A model generated the notes under the pieces. That model had not been told where the DNA came from. It ran no database searches and worked only from the letters and a program-made list of their open reading frames with translations. This document shows, piece after piece, positions 1-9,812 of a DNA stretch of 64,000 bases. The number at the start of each line of letters is the position of its first letter. The first letter of the stretch is position 1. The position numbers and the translations under genes were made by a program. Location: NCBI GenBank assembly GCA_973895155.1, contig OZ316893.1:10049660-10113659 (forward strand), written 5' to 3'. The stretch is from Marsupella aquatica (lineage: Eukaryota; Plantae; Marchantiophyta).

Positions 1-228
1 TTCTTTTTTATTGTCCGATGCTGCATCCGATACTTAGAGGATCGGACTAGAATCGGACCTTACATGCCGAAAGCAAAAAAAACTAAGGCATGATCGAGCG
101 ACCTACGGGCATACAAAGACCTGTCCCGGGTTTGGAAGGGTTAGGCATTCGACAATTGGCCTCAGGTGATTAGGGAGGAGGAATGCTGCTGAAGGAATGC
201 ATGGAGAGGAGGGGAATGGAGCACTTAC

Positions 229-1224
229 AAAATCGGCCTTGAGACGCTGTGATCCGCCTTGCCCCATTCTGTGAGTAACCTTTGGCCTCTTTGTTACTCT
301 CAGCAGAGCTTTCATTAGCCAGGATGCTGGGTCTCCAAGCAGGGCTGATTTTGCTGACCATTCTTCAAGTTCTTGATGCATGGGTGCAGTATTCACCATC
401 TCTCCTTGTTCAATCTTCTTCTGAGCTGCTTGAATTTCAGCTTCCCAGCGTTGTGTGGCTTGCCAAGCTCGAACCTGCAACTCTTCTTCAAGCCAGGCAC
501 ACCAAGCATTCTCAGGAATCTCACCAGCTGGGCTTCCCCCTTTCCTGATCACCTCCTCATCCAGTTTGCATTCAGCCAGGTACTTTCGCATCTTCTCTCG
601 TACATGATTTTGCATGTCTGCAAGTGAGACTGAGATCTTTTTGTTTAAGAATCGATCGTCCACAAACGACCCATTCAAAAATCTCTCTTTGATTTGCTCT
701 CGAATTTGAAATCTCTCATCCTGCTTCTTCTTCCCCCAGTAGTCCATCGGGCCAAAATGAGACCTCACAATCTGCCTAACTTGACTCCCAAACAAACGAT
801 AACTCCTGGAGAGTGGAGCACCTCCCTCATTCAGAAACAATTTTGGCCTCTTGGCCCTATCATCTGCCTTCTTTCGTTCCTCCTGAATTCTTTGTCGTTC
901 TGCAGCCCAAGCCTCCCTCCTTAGGCTCTTCTCCTTTTGTCTTGGTGATAGGGCTTCCACTGGCCTCTCTCTCTCGTCCTCCCTAGTGTTACGTTTCCTC
1001 TTCCTCTGCAATCTCTCCTCCTCGAGTCTGGCTTGGAAAGCTTTTTCTGCATCAGTGATGGCTACCTTCTGGGAGCTGTCGATCAGTCCTTGAGTGAGCT
1101 GGGCTACCTGCAATGCAACCTCCGGTGAGAGCCCCACTTTCTCCCTAAACAATTGAGCCATGACTTCACCATAGCTGCTTGATGGCCCGGCACCATCTCC
1201 CATCCCTCCCGCATTCCCTTCCAT
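229..1224 (-). CDS. CACTA ORF2 / TnpA-like protein, first coding exon (element 1)
   Basis: Long basic coiled-coil ORF ending in THRMGQGG..LKADF, then a GTAAGT donor at 228. Homologous to THRLGQGG..LKAAF in element 2. The H-x-x-G-x-G-G motif resembles CACTA ORF2 (Transposase_24-like) proteins. Confidence 0.65.
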
Positions 1225-2289
1225 CGCTACGAGCTCTGCAAAGGTATCGTGAAATGCTCCCGATGCTTTTCCCGACTAGAGTGCCTTCGCACTTTAGTCG
1301 GGTGACCTAAAAACCCAAAATGCATAACGTCCGATACTTTCTGCATCGGAAACTCCGATTCTAGGTCAATCGGACTTAGTATCGGACCCCTCCTCCAAAG
1401 TATCGGACTTAACCCTCCCAATGTATTTTCTGATGGTTTGTGAATCGCATGACCTTGGCATTTGGACTTTTGCATTTGGATCCCATGTATACTATAATGA
1501 CCCCCTTTATGTTAGTTGGGGGTTAATTATGCTATATTGTGGGCTTATTAGGTGTGCGGCGCAAAACGGGCATATCAACGTACAGTGGCCGTGACAAAGC
1601 TAGCACACTATTTTTTGGTGGGTATGGATGATCATTGAATGTATGTACCCAGATCTATTTTCAGTTTGATTTTAAATGATTCCCATTTTGACCATGAGGC
1701 AATGCTATATGCATGGTGCAACTTTTGGGGACTATAAGAAGTCACAAATTAAATTAACACTCTAGTGCCGTTTTGTGCAGTTTTGTATTTTTTGTTTTTG
1801 GAGGGTCGGGTCGTTGCTTTTCCTTGGTTTTCTTAGTAGGGTTTATTTTTGCCAATGAATTATGCACAGCGAGAGTACGCGCATCCAAAAGGTATGACAT
1901 ATATGATCCTCCAAAATGTATTGGAAATATTTGACATGATATATGCGTTACTTGTGGGAGTTTATAATTGGACATCCAACTCGTCATTGATTTTTATTAA
2001 TTTCATTAATTATTGGTTTGTTACTTAGGTTTGCATGTATGTCATCTCATCTTTCAACTTCCCCACCTAGCCTGTATGTGCAGGTTTTTTTGGATTGGCC
2101 TTAGCATATAGTCTAAGGCTTAGAGCCTAGTAGGCACTGTAGAGCGCGGATATCATTCAGGTACTAATTAAGTCCAACACTGCAAATTATTAACATACTA
2201 TATATTTCCTGTTTGGGTTTACCTCAAGTTAGGGTGATGAATCAATCTTGCATTTTGGTAAAGACTTGTTTGTGTGTAATTGGCAGACA

Positions 2290-2520
2290 ATGTCGACTTC
2301 TGAGAGTTTGGATATAGATTCCGACTCTGACTTGTCTTCCTCTGAGGGGGACATTCCTCCTCCCCCTCAACAGCCTCGAGCACCCCCTCCATTAGGCCCT
2401 ATTCCATGCTGGTGTCTTAGATGTAAAGGACTGGTGGTTCGTCAAGCGTGGCAGTCCATTGAACACATCGAAAACTATGGTCGACATGAGGGTGATTTAC
2501 TGGGATATTCAGCTCGCCAG
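2290..2520 (+). CDS. Shared first coding exon: transposase-associated Zn-binding domain (element 1)
   Basis: ATG at 2290 just after a TGGCAG acceptor. Acidic/Pro-rich start, then CWCLRC...EHIENYG (C-x-C-x2-C...H, transposase-associated domain type). Phase-0 donor CAG|GTATTG at 2520/2521. Confidence 0.8.
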
Positions 2521-2630
2521 GTATTGCTTGACATGAACTCCGCTATATATGATACACTATCATAATAGTTGGCTGGTTTGAGACCTTTTAGGAGACAAGT
2601 ATTAATTTTTGTTTGTTTATGATTGAATAG

Positions 2631-3593
2631 GTGCGTTGTAGGGCCCGTCCTCCATTGGTCTCTAGTCAACTATGGCATGATGCATTCCTAGCTGGTGCTA
2701 GACAGTTGCTTGCATCATCAGTTGAAGACCCCGAGCAATCATGTACCCCCGCACATGTTCAGGCAGATGTTGTTCATGAACCCATAGTGGTAGAGTTGGG
2801 GCATGGTAGGGATGATGCACCGCCCCCTACTAGGGTTCTACGCACAAGACCACGTTCTCATAGACGTCGACAACAGCATGTAGTTCTAGACACAGACCCA
2901 TCCCATGAGCACTTTAGAAGGAGTGTTATGCCTCCACCAGGGGAGGAGTACATAGAAGTTGAAGGGAGGTTGGGCTTGTCATATGTGATGGGAAAGGCAA
3001 TCAGTGTCTTCAAGGATTTTGACCCTGAGAGTTTTGCGATTCCTCGTGGCCTAGCCATTGACATCCCTGTACATATATGGGGTCGGCAATGGATAGTGAA
3101 GGCATCGACCCTTGGCGGGGAGGTTGGGTTAGGCTTATTTGCTTTGGAGGACATTGAGGTCCCTCCAAAGCCTTGGCGTCGTGGCTATGATGGGGAACAC
3201 CTTTTCCCTTACATTGGGCCTGTGTATACATCCAAGAGTTGGAACATCCTCTTGCGCCAACATCCAGCTTGGGGGGTATATGCATTGCAGATGGACTCAG
3301 ACCCAGATGAGGTCCTAAGGAGGCCTTGGCATTGTAGGATGATTGATGGGGACCCTGTCCGTTCAAATAACATAGCTGGGTACATCAATAGTACACATGG
3401 TAGAGGGAGTGGACTCCAGCCTAATGTAGAGTGGGCTCAGATTTTTGGCCCACCCACTCCGCCTTACTATGTCACACATATGGATGATCATGTTATGACA
3501 GTAGCCATACGGACCATTAGGGCGGGTGATGAGTTGTTTTGTGACTATGAATGGAACGCAACCACGATGGGCATTCGATCTGGCCACACTTAG
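2631..3593 (+). CDS. SET/PR-like lysine methyltransferase exon inside the CACTA transposase intron (element 1)
   Basis: Acceptor AATAG|GTG at 2630/2631, in frame with exon 2290-2520. SET motifs GLGLFALEDI, FPYIG, IDGD..NIAGYINS, PNVE, IRAGDELFCDY. No stops. Confidence 0.85.
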   Translation: MRCRARPPLVSSQLWHDAFLAGARQLLASSVEDPEQSCTPAHVQADVVHEPIVVELGHGRDDAPPPTRVLRTRPRSHRRRQQHVVLDTDPSHEHFRRSVMPPPGEEYIEVEGRLGLSYVMGKAISVFKDFDPESFAIPRGLAIDIPVHIWGRQWIVKASTLGGEVGLGLFALEDIEVPPKPWRRGYDGEHLFPYIGPVYTSKSWNILLRQHPAWGVYALQMDSDPDEVLRRPWHCRMIDGDPVRSNNIAGYINSTHGRGSGLQPNVEWAQIFGPPTPPYYVTHMDDHVMTVAIRTIRAGDELFCDYEWNATTMGIRSGHT

Positions 3594-3701
3594 CACATAT
3601 GTGTATTCCCCATTTTTGAAGTAATATAAGAATATTGTAGTTTTTTAGGAACCCATGGGCTAACTCAAACGTATATATGTGTTTTGTGCGTTGTATGATA
3701 G

Positions 3702-5927
3702 AATGCATATGTTGAGCCGGATGTTGGGGTGTTACCACGAGCTATGCGCCAACACCTTGTGCAGGCCATGGAAGATTGGCGACATGCCTCTCTACCACCA
3801 GATGGCGATCCGGATGTTCCAGAGCAGGAACCAGATGCCTCCCAATCAAGAGTTGATGAAGATAGGGCCATGGATGACTTGATGCACCAATTCTATGACA
3901 TAGAGGATGGTGATCATGACATGGCTGATGGGGAGAACATTGAGGTCCCACTTCCACATCAAGAAGGTTGAAGGAGTTCAGCCTCCAAACAGTGGGAGGA
4001 AGCACGTCAACATGCGCAAACTCGGATATTTGATGGATCACGCTTGTCTTGTCTTTCAGCAATAATGTTGTTGTTGAACTTGCAACAAAGACATGGAGCA
4101 AGCAACTTACTTCTTGATGATCTCTTTCGGACATTGCATGATTGTATCTTGCCAGAAGGAAACAACTTGCCAGACTCTTGGAAAGAGGCAAAGAAGGTGT
4201 TGAAGTCCATAGGTCTGCAGGACGAAGTCATACATGCTTGCGTGAATGATTGCGTTCTGTTTAGAGGCACTTATAAAGATGCAACGTCATGTCCTACATG
4301 TGAGAAGCCTAGGTATCGTGAGGACATGTTGACGGGAAAAGTTCCTCAGAAGGTCATGAGGTACTTTCCTCTTATACCTCGTTTGCGCCACCAATATAGA
4401 TGTGCTGAGTTGGATGAGTATATGGTTTGGCATTCCCAAAATCGCTCAGATATGAGTTCACAACCACCCACCATGTGCATGATGGTTGACTCCCCTGCAA
4501 ACAAGTTTGTGGAGGAGAGATGGGGTGAGTTCCGAACTGACCCACGTCATGTTCACCTAGGATTGGCAGCGGATGGCATCAGCCCATTTGCACTAGCAGG
4601 TAAGGCCCAACCATATTCACTATGGCCAATGGTCCTTACTAATTACAACATCCCTCCATGGATGTCCATGAAGAAGGGTCATTTGCTCCTTTCCATGATT
4701 ATCCCTAGTCCTAAGCAAGTGAAAAAAATTGATGTGTACTTGCAACCATTGATTGAGGAGCTACAAAAGCTTTGGAGTGGTGTGGATTGCTATGATGGTC
4801 GAGTGCAAACGGGGGGCTTACGTCGAGAATTTAAGTTGAAGGCCATTCTTATGTGGACCATACATGATCTTCCAGGTATGAATCTTTGTTAAATTATCCC
4901 TTCCCATAGCTAGGCAACCGTACCTAGCATACTTTGTTATGTATTGAGTTAGCTAGAAGCACATATATCTTTTAATAAACTTATTTACTTATGCATGGGA
5001 TATATATTTATATGCAGGGTTTGGATATATTTCTGGCCTGACCACATCAGGATATCAAGCTTGCCCAACTTGTGGACCTAATTTGGAAGGAATAGCGCGG
5101 CCAAAGTCAAAGACCTTGAGGAAGATAGTGTATATTGGTCACACCAAGTACCTCCCTCCAGACCATGATTGGAGGAGAGACCCCTTTTTATATGACACTG
5201 AGGATGGCCAACCAGACAGACGACCACAACCTATTCCAAAAGATCCTGCATATTGGAAAGAGGTATGGGAGAGAGTATCTAATCCAGATGACCCATTGCA
5301 ATATGCCCGGTGTGGCATGACTTGTTTGTCTGCATTGTCACAACTACCTTATTGGGCTGAGATGCCACTTAACCATTTATTTGACCCTATGCACATTGAG
5401 GGAAATGTTGGGAGGTCCTTGATTCGCCACCTATATGGAGAGAAAGACAACAACTGGAGAGAGAGTTGTGAAGAGATGGGGATGCATGGCCCTCATGGTT
5501 TTTGGCCATCTATGGATCCCGATAATGCCCCCCTTACTATTCATCCTCCTTGGGTTTTGACACGAGGTGAGCGGACCGAGTTTCGCAAACGCATAGGGTC
5601 TATGCGATTTCCTACAGGGTATGGTGCCAATCTTCGCAAGGCATTTGGTGGACTTGACTCTCCAAAATGGCCAGCTTTCTTGAAGACCCATGATTATCAT
5701 CGCTTATTGCAACATGTTATTCCAATTGCTATTATTGGATTGGGTAGTGAGGATCTTCGTGATGCCCTTTGGTCGTTGGGTAAGTTGTTGAGATGGGTGT
5801 GTCAAAAGGAGGTGAACGAGGATGAGGTTGCAGCAATGGAGGTGTTTGGAGTGGAGGTTGTGTGCAAACTTGAAAGGGCCCTTCCTCCTTCATTTTTTGA
5901 TGGTCAGGTTCATTTTCTACTACATCT
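3702..5927 (+). pseudogene. CACTA Tnp2/TnpD transposase, 5' part (exons 3702-4875 and 5018-5927)
   Basis: Phase-0 acceptor ATAG|AAT GCA at 3701/3702. In-frame TGA at 3969-3971. Motifs IHACVNDC..CPTC, LGLAADG, WPMVLTNYNIPP, WTIHDLPG, DPMHIEGN, LKTHDYH, FFDGQVH. GT-AG intron 4876-5017. Broken by copia at 5928. Confidence 0.9.
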
Positions 5928-6348
5928 TGTTGAGCATAGACGACGATCGCAACGGCAAGCCCATGAACCATCCAACGCACAATAGTCGACACAAGAGATA
6001 CGTGGTTCACCTCCTTGAGGCTACGTCCACGGGAACACACAAGAGAGCTTTACTGAACTCTAAGCCCGTCGGCTATACCGAGTCTCCACAGTGTAAGCTC
6101 TCCCTATCTCTCAAGTGGCTCCATAACAATGAGCCTTGGTTCTACCTCTCCAAGCACACATGCCTCTTATGATATAGTGTGCAACTTAGTTGTACCTAAC
6201 CACATAGTTGTACCTAATCACGTAGTTGTACCTAACCACATAGTTGTACCTAATCACGTAGTTGTACCTAACCACGTAGTTGTACCAACCCACGTTGTTG
6301 TACCAACCACGTCATACCTAACCTAGACGTAAGAGTAAATACCCAACA
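5928..6348 (-). repeat. Copia 3' LTR containing an 18-bp tandem array (TAGTTGTACCTAAYCACR, about 7 copies)
   Basis: Direct repeat of 12002-12422. Purine tract AAGGGGAAGAT adjoins it on the minus strand. Confidence 0.95.
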
Positions 6349-6539
6349 ATCTTCCCCTTGACTCTGGTCTAGGGGAGAGTAATACTGCCAATGTATATGA
6401 TCCCTCAGCGGGAAATTCTGGACAGAAACCAAACCGGTTTCCCTCTCTAACTAGAGCAAACCAGAACTAAGCCGTAGCCTAATACATAGGAATGAGGAAG
6501 AGCATATATCAGTAATTACAATGAATGTTTAAGAAAACT

Positions 6540-9500
6540 CTACTTGTGATGCAATTGCAAAACCTGCAATACGTCACGGTGTCTAGAGAAACTCTCCAAA
6601 GGAATCACTTTGGTAAATGCGTCAGCCGGGTTGAGTTTACCATCAATCTTGACTAGCTCAAACAAATTATCAGACACAGCCTGCCTGATAAAATGGTACC
6701 TGACGTCAATGTGCTTCACTCTGCTGTCCATCACCTGGTTCACAGCAAGGTGGAGCGCACTTTGACTATCACAATGGAGCTTCACATTCCCCTGTGGCAA
6801 TCCCATTTCAGTGATAAGTCTATCCAACCAAATCGCTTCCTTTGCTGCTTCCGCAGCTGCAACATACTCCGCTTCTGTAGTAGACTGAGCAATACACTTC
6901 TGCAAAGTAGACCTCCAACTTATGCATCCACCGCCAAGTGTGAACACGTATCCTGTTGTTGATCTCCTTCGGTCCAAATCTTGTCCATAGTCAGAATCTA
7001 CATAGCCAATCAATGATCTAGCATTCTTTGCATTCGCATCAAATAAAAGACCATGATCCACGGTACCCTTCAAGTACCTGATAATCCACTTCACTGCTTC
7101 CCAGTGTACCTTCCCTGGATTCGACATGTACCTGCTCACCTTGCCCATAGCCATGGCAAGATCAGGTCTAGTGCAAGTCATCAAATACATGAGACTCCCC
7201 ACTGCCTTGTCATATGGAACCTTTGACATCAACCCCTTCTCTGTGTCATCCGTAGAACATAACGCTGATGATAACTTGAAGTGTGGAGCCAACGGGGTAC
7301 TTACTGGCTTGCTATTCTCCATGTTGAACCTTGCAATTACCTTCCTCGCATAACTGCTTTGCGTCAACCATAGCTTGCCAGCCTCCAAGTCCCTAGTGAT
7401 CTCCATACCCAAAATCCTCTTAGCTGGCCCTAAGTCCTTCATCTTAAACTCTGCACTAAGCAGTGCCTTGAGCTTAACAATCTCAGACCTATCCTTGGCT
7501 GCAATTAGCATGTCATCCACATAAAGTACTAAAACAATGAACCCAAAGACAACATTCTTCACCGGTTTCAAATACACACAAGGGTCAAATACACTTCTGT
7601 GAAAACCTTGTGACCAAATCCAATCGTCAAACCGCTTGTTCCACTGTCTTGGTGACTGCTTCAACCCATACAAGGATTTCAGCAATCTGCAAACCAATTC
7701 CTCCTGTCCTCTCTTCACAAAACCTAGCGGTTGTCTCATGAAGATCACCTCTTCCAATGTGCCATAGAGGAAAGCTGTGACAACATCCATCTGATCTAGG
7801 AGCAGACCAAACATTACAACAAGTACACACAATAGTCGTATTGTAGAGTACTTAGCAACTGGTGAGAAGACCTCATTGTAATCCACACCTTTCTCTTGTG
7901 TGAATCCCTTTGCTACCAATCTAGCCTTGTAGACCTTCGATCCATCTCCTATGGAATTATCCTTCAGCTTGTAAATCCACTTGCTGTCCACCACTTGCTG
8001 ACCCTTAGGCAGCTTAACAAGCTCCCAAGTTTTGTTGTCCTTTAGTGACTGCATCTCCGTTTGCATTGCTGCAGTCCACTTCTGCTTCTCTTTTGAAGCA
8101 CTTGCCTCATGAAATGAAGAAGGTTCTCCTTCTTCCAAAATTAACGCATCACCCTCATCATCAGCTGTAAAATCATCCTCTTGCAGTTGAGATGAATCAA
8201 CCCACTGTCCATACCTTGATGGAGCGCGTACAGTGCGACCAGATGTTCTTCTAGCCGATGACTCCGGTTGATCTGCGTGTGCTGGTACAATTTGAAGCTC
8301 AACAGCATCCACTTGTTGCTCACCAGCATCAACAAACTCCTCTGGTTCCTCTGGCATAGGAACCAGCTCCATAATTGGAGCAACTCCTTCTCTCCGGTCA
8401 TGCACCTCATAACCAATCTCCCCCTCAATGAGATCCGGGATAGGAGATTTTCCTTTGTCAGTACGGGAGACCTGAGTATTCTCCCCCTCCTTCAATAATC
8501 TAGATTCATTGAAGGAAACATCCCTACTGACAACGAGCTTACAGGCAATAGGATCCCATAGCCTATAGGCTTTCACACCACTCTGGTACCCAAGAAAAAC
8601 ACATTTCCTGGAGGTAGGATCCAACTTGGTCCTATTCTGCTTTGGTGTGAGAGCATATGCATCACTTCCAAAAATTACCAAGCCATGATAGTCTGCTTGC
8701 CGCTTATAGCGCATCTCAAACGGCGTTTTGAAATTGATAGCACTAGAAGGAGAAAGATTTACCAAATAAGCTGCGGTATTGACAGCTTCTGCCCAAAATT
8801 CTTGTGGTAAACCTGATTGGCTCAACATACTCCGTGACCGCTCCAACAGTGTCCGATTGAGCCTCTCAGCGACACCATTCTGCTGCGGAGTATAAACTGT
8901 GGTGAGATGGCGAGTTATCCCCTGTTCTGAACAGTACTCTTCAAATTCCATTGAAGTGTACTCCCCGCCGTTGTCTGACCTCAGACTCTTCACCCTTGTA
9001 TCCAAACACTTGATCGTGTTTCCAGTCTGATTCTCCACCTGGGCCTTCCACTTCTTAAAAATGGACAAGACATCAGACTTATGCGTCATGAAATAAATCC
9101 ACACAAATCTTGAGTAATCATCAATAAATGATACATAGTACAACTTTCCAGAGTGTGAGGGAGTCGGGGATGGACCCCACACGTCACTATGTATGTACTC
9201 AAGAACCGCTTTGGAACGATGAGTTCCAACACCAAAAGCACGACGATGCTGCTTTCCAAGAATGCAATGCTCACAAAACTCTAATTTACAAGATTGCAAA
9301 TCAAAAATGAGTCCATTCTTCCGTAAGATAGCCAAACCCTTCTCACTCATGTGGCCTAGCCGTGAATGCCACAGTTGAGTCATCTCCTCGTGAGACTTGG
9401 TTACATTGGCCTCTCCACATACAGTATTGCCCTGTAACACATACAAATTCTTTTGTCTACTCCCCTTCAAAATCATTGTCTCTCCCGACCTGACTTGAAG

Positions 9501-9812
9501 TTCACCATCAATAACGCTCCATTGATGACCATTTGAATCCAACACACCGAGTGAAATCAGATTCTTATGCATGCCAGGTACATACCTGACTCCGGACACT
9601 ATGCGCACAGCCCCATCAAACATTTGAATCTTCACAGACCCAATTCCCTCAATTTGACAGGAGTGATCATTTCCCATCAGAACTGAACCGTTTGAAACAG
9701 AGTAAGAACTGAAAAACTCACGAATGTAACAAATATGAAAAGAGCAAGCACAATCAAGAATCCACACATCATCTGCTCTCCTAGATGACGTGTACAGGGC
9801 ATACCCCCGGCT
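6540..9812 (-). CDS. pol: Copia pol (protease, GAG-pre-integrase, integrase, RT, RNase H)
   Basis: WILDCACSFH, WHSRLGH..CEHC, FIDDYSR, LRSDNGGEY, QNGVAER, KARLVAKG, YVDDML, YVDSDY, KHIDVRYH. Open frame all the way back to the gag stop. Confidence 0.95.
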   Translation of the reverse strand, partial: SRGYALYTSSRRADDVWILDCACSFHICYIREFFSSYSVSNGSVLMGNDHSCQIEGIGSVKIQMFDGAVRIVSGVRYVPGMHKNLISLGVLDSNGHQWSVIDGELQVRSGETMILKGSRQKNLYVLQGNTVCGEANVTKSHEEMTQLWHSRLGHMSEKGLAILRKNGLIFDLQSCKLEFCEHCILGKQHRRAFGVGTHRSKAVLEYIHSDVWGPSPTPSHSGKLYYVSFIDDYSRFVWIYFMTHKSDVLSIFKKWKAQVENQTGNTIKCLDTRVKSLRSDNGGEYTSMEFEEYCSEQGITRHLTTVYTPQQNGVAERLNRTLLERSRSMLSQSGLPQEFWAEAVNTAAYLVNLSPSSAINFKTPFEMRYKRQADYHGLVIFGSDAYALTPKQNRTKLDPTSRKCVFLGYQSGVKAYRLWDPIACKLVVSRDVSFNESRLLKEGENTQVSRTDKGKSPIPDLIEGEIGYEVHDRREGVAPIMELVPMPEEPEEFVDAGEQQVDAVELQIVPAHADQPESSARRTSGRTVRAPSRYGQWVDSSQLQEDDFTADDEGDALILEEGEPSSFHEASASKEKQKWTAAMQTEMQSLKDNKTWELVKLPKGQQVVDSKWIYKLKDNSIGDGSKVYKARLVAKGFTQEKGVDYNEVFSPVAKYSTIRLLCVLVVMFGLLLDQMDVVTAFLYGTLEEVIFMRQPLGFVKRGQEELVCRLLKSLYGLKQSPRQWNKRFDDWIWSQGFHRSVFDPCVYLKPVKNVVFGFIVLVLYVDDMLIAAKDRSEIVKLKALLSAEFKMKDLGPAKRILGMEITRDLEAGKLWLTQSSYARKVIARFNMENSKPVSTPLAPHFKLSSALCSTDDTEKGLMSKVPYDKAVGSLMYLMTCTRPDLAMAMGKVSRYMSNPGKVHWEAVKWIIRYLKGTVDHGLLFDANAKNARSLIGYVDSDYGQDLDRRRSTTGYVFTLGGGCISWRSTLQKCIAQSTTEAEYVAAAEAAKEAIWLDRLITEMGLPQGNVKLHCDSQSALHLAVNQVMDSRVKHIDVRYHFIRQAVSDNLFELVKIDGKLNPADAFTKVIPLESFSRHRDVLQVLQLHHK

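Noticed and set aside
2631-3593. SET ORFs as ordinary host SDG genes next to transposons
   Set aside because: Both lie between two exons of the transposase gene, and in element 2 inside TIRs with a TSD. They lack the pre-SET, post-SET and reader domains of host SDG proteins.
5928-5985. Apparent transposase C-terminus EHRRRSQRQAHEPSNAQ
   Set aside because: This is read-through into the copia LTR; the true frame resumes at 12428.
6129-6326. ORF with VVPNH repeats (also 12203-12400), and a possible CRISPR-like array
   Set aside because: It is the translation of an 18-bp head-to-tail repeat in the copia LTR. There are no unique spacers and no cas genes, and the context is eukaryotic.
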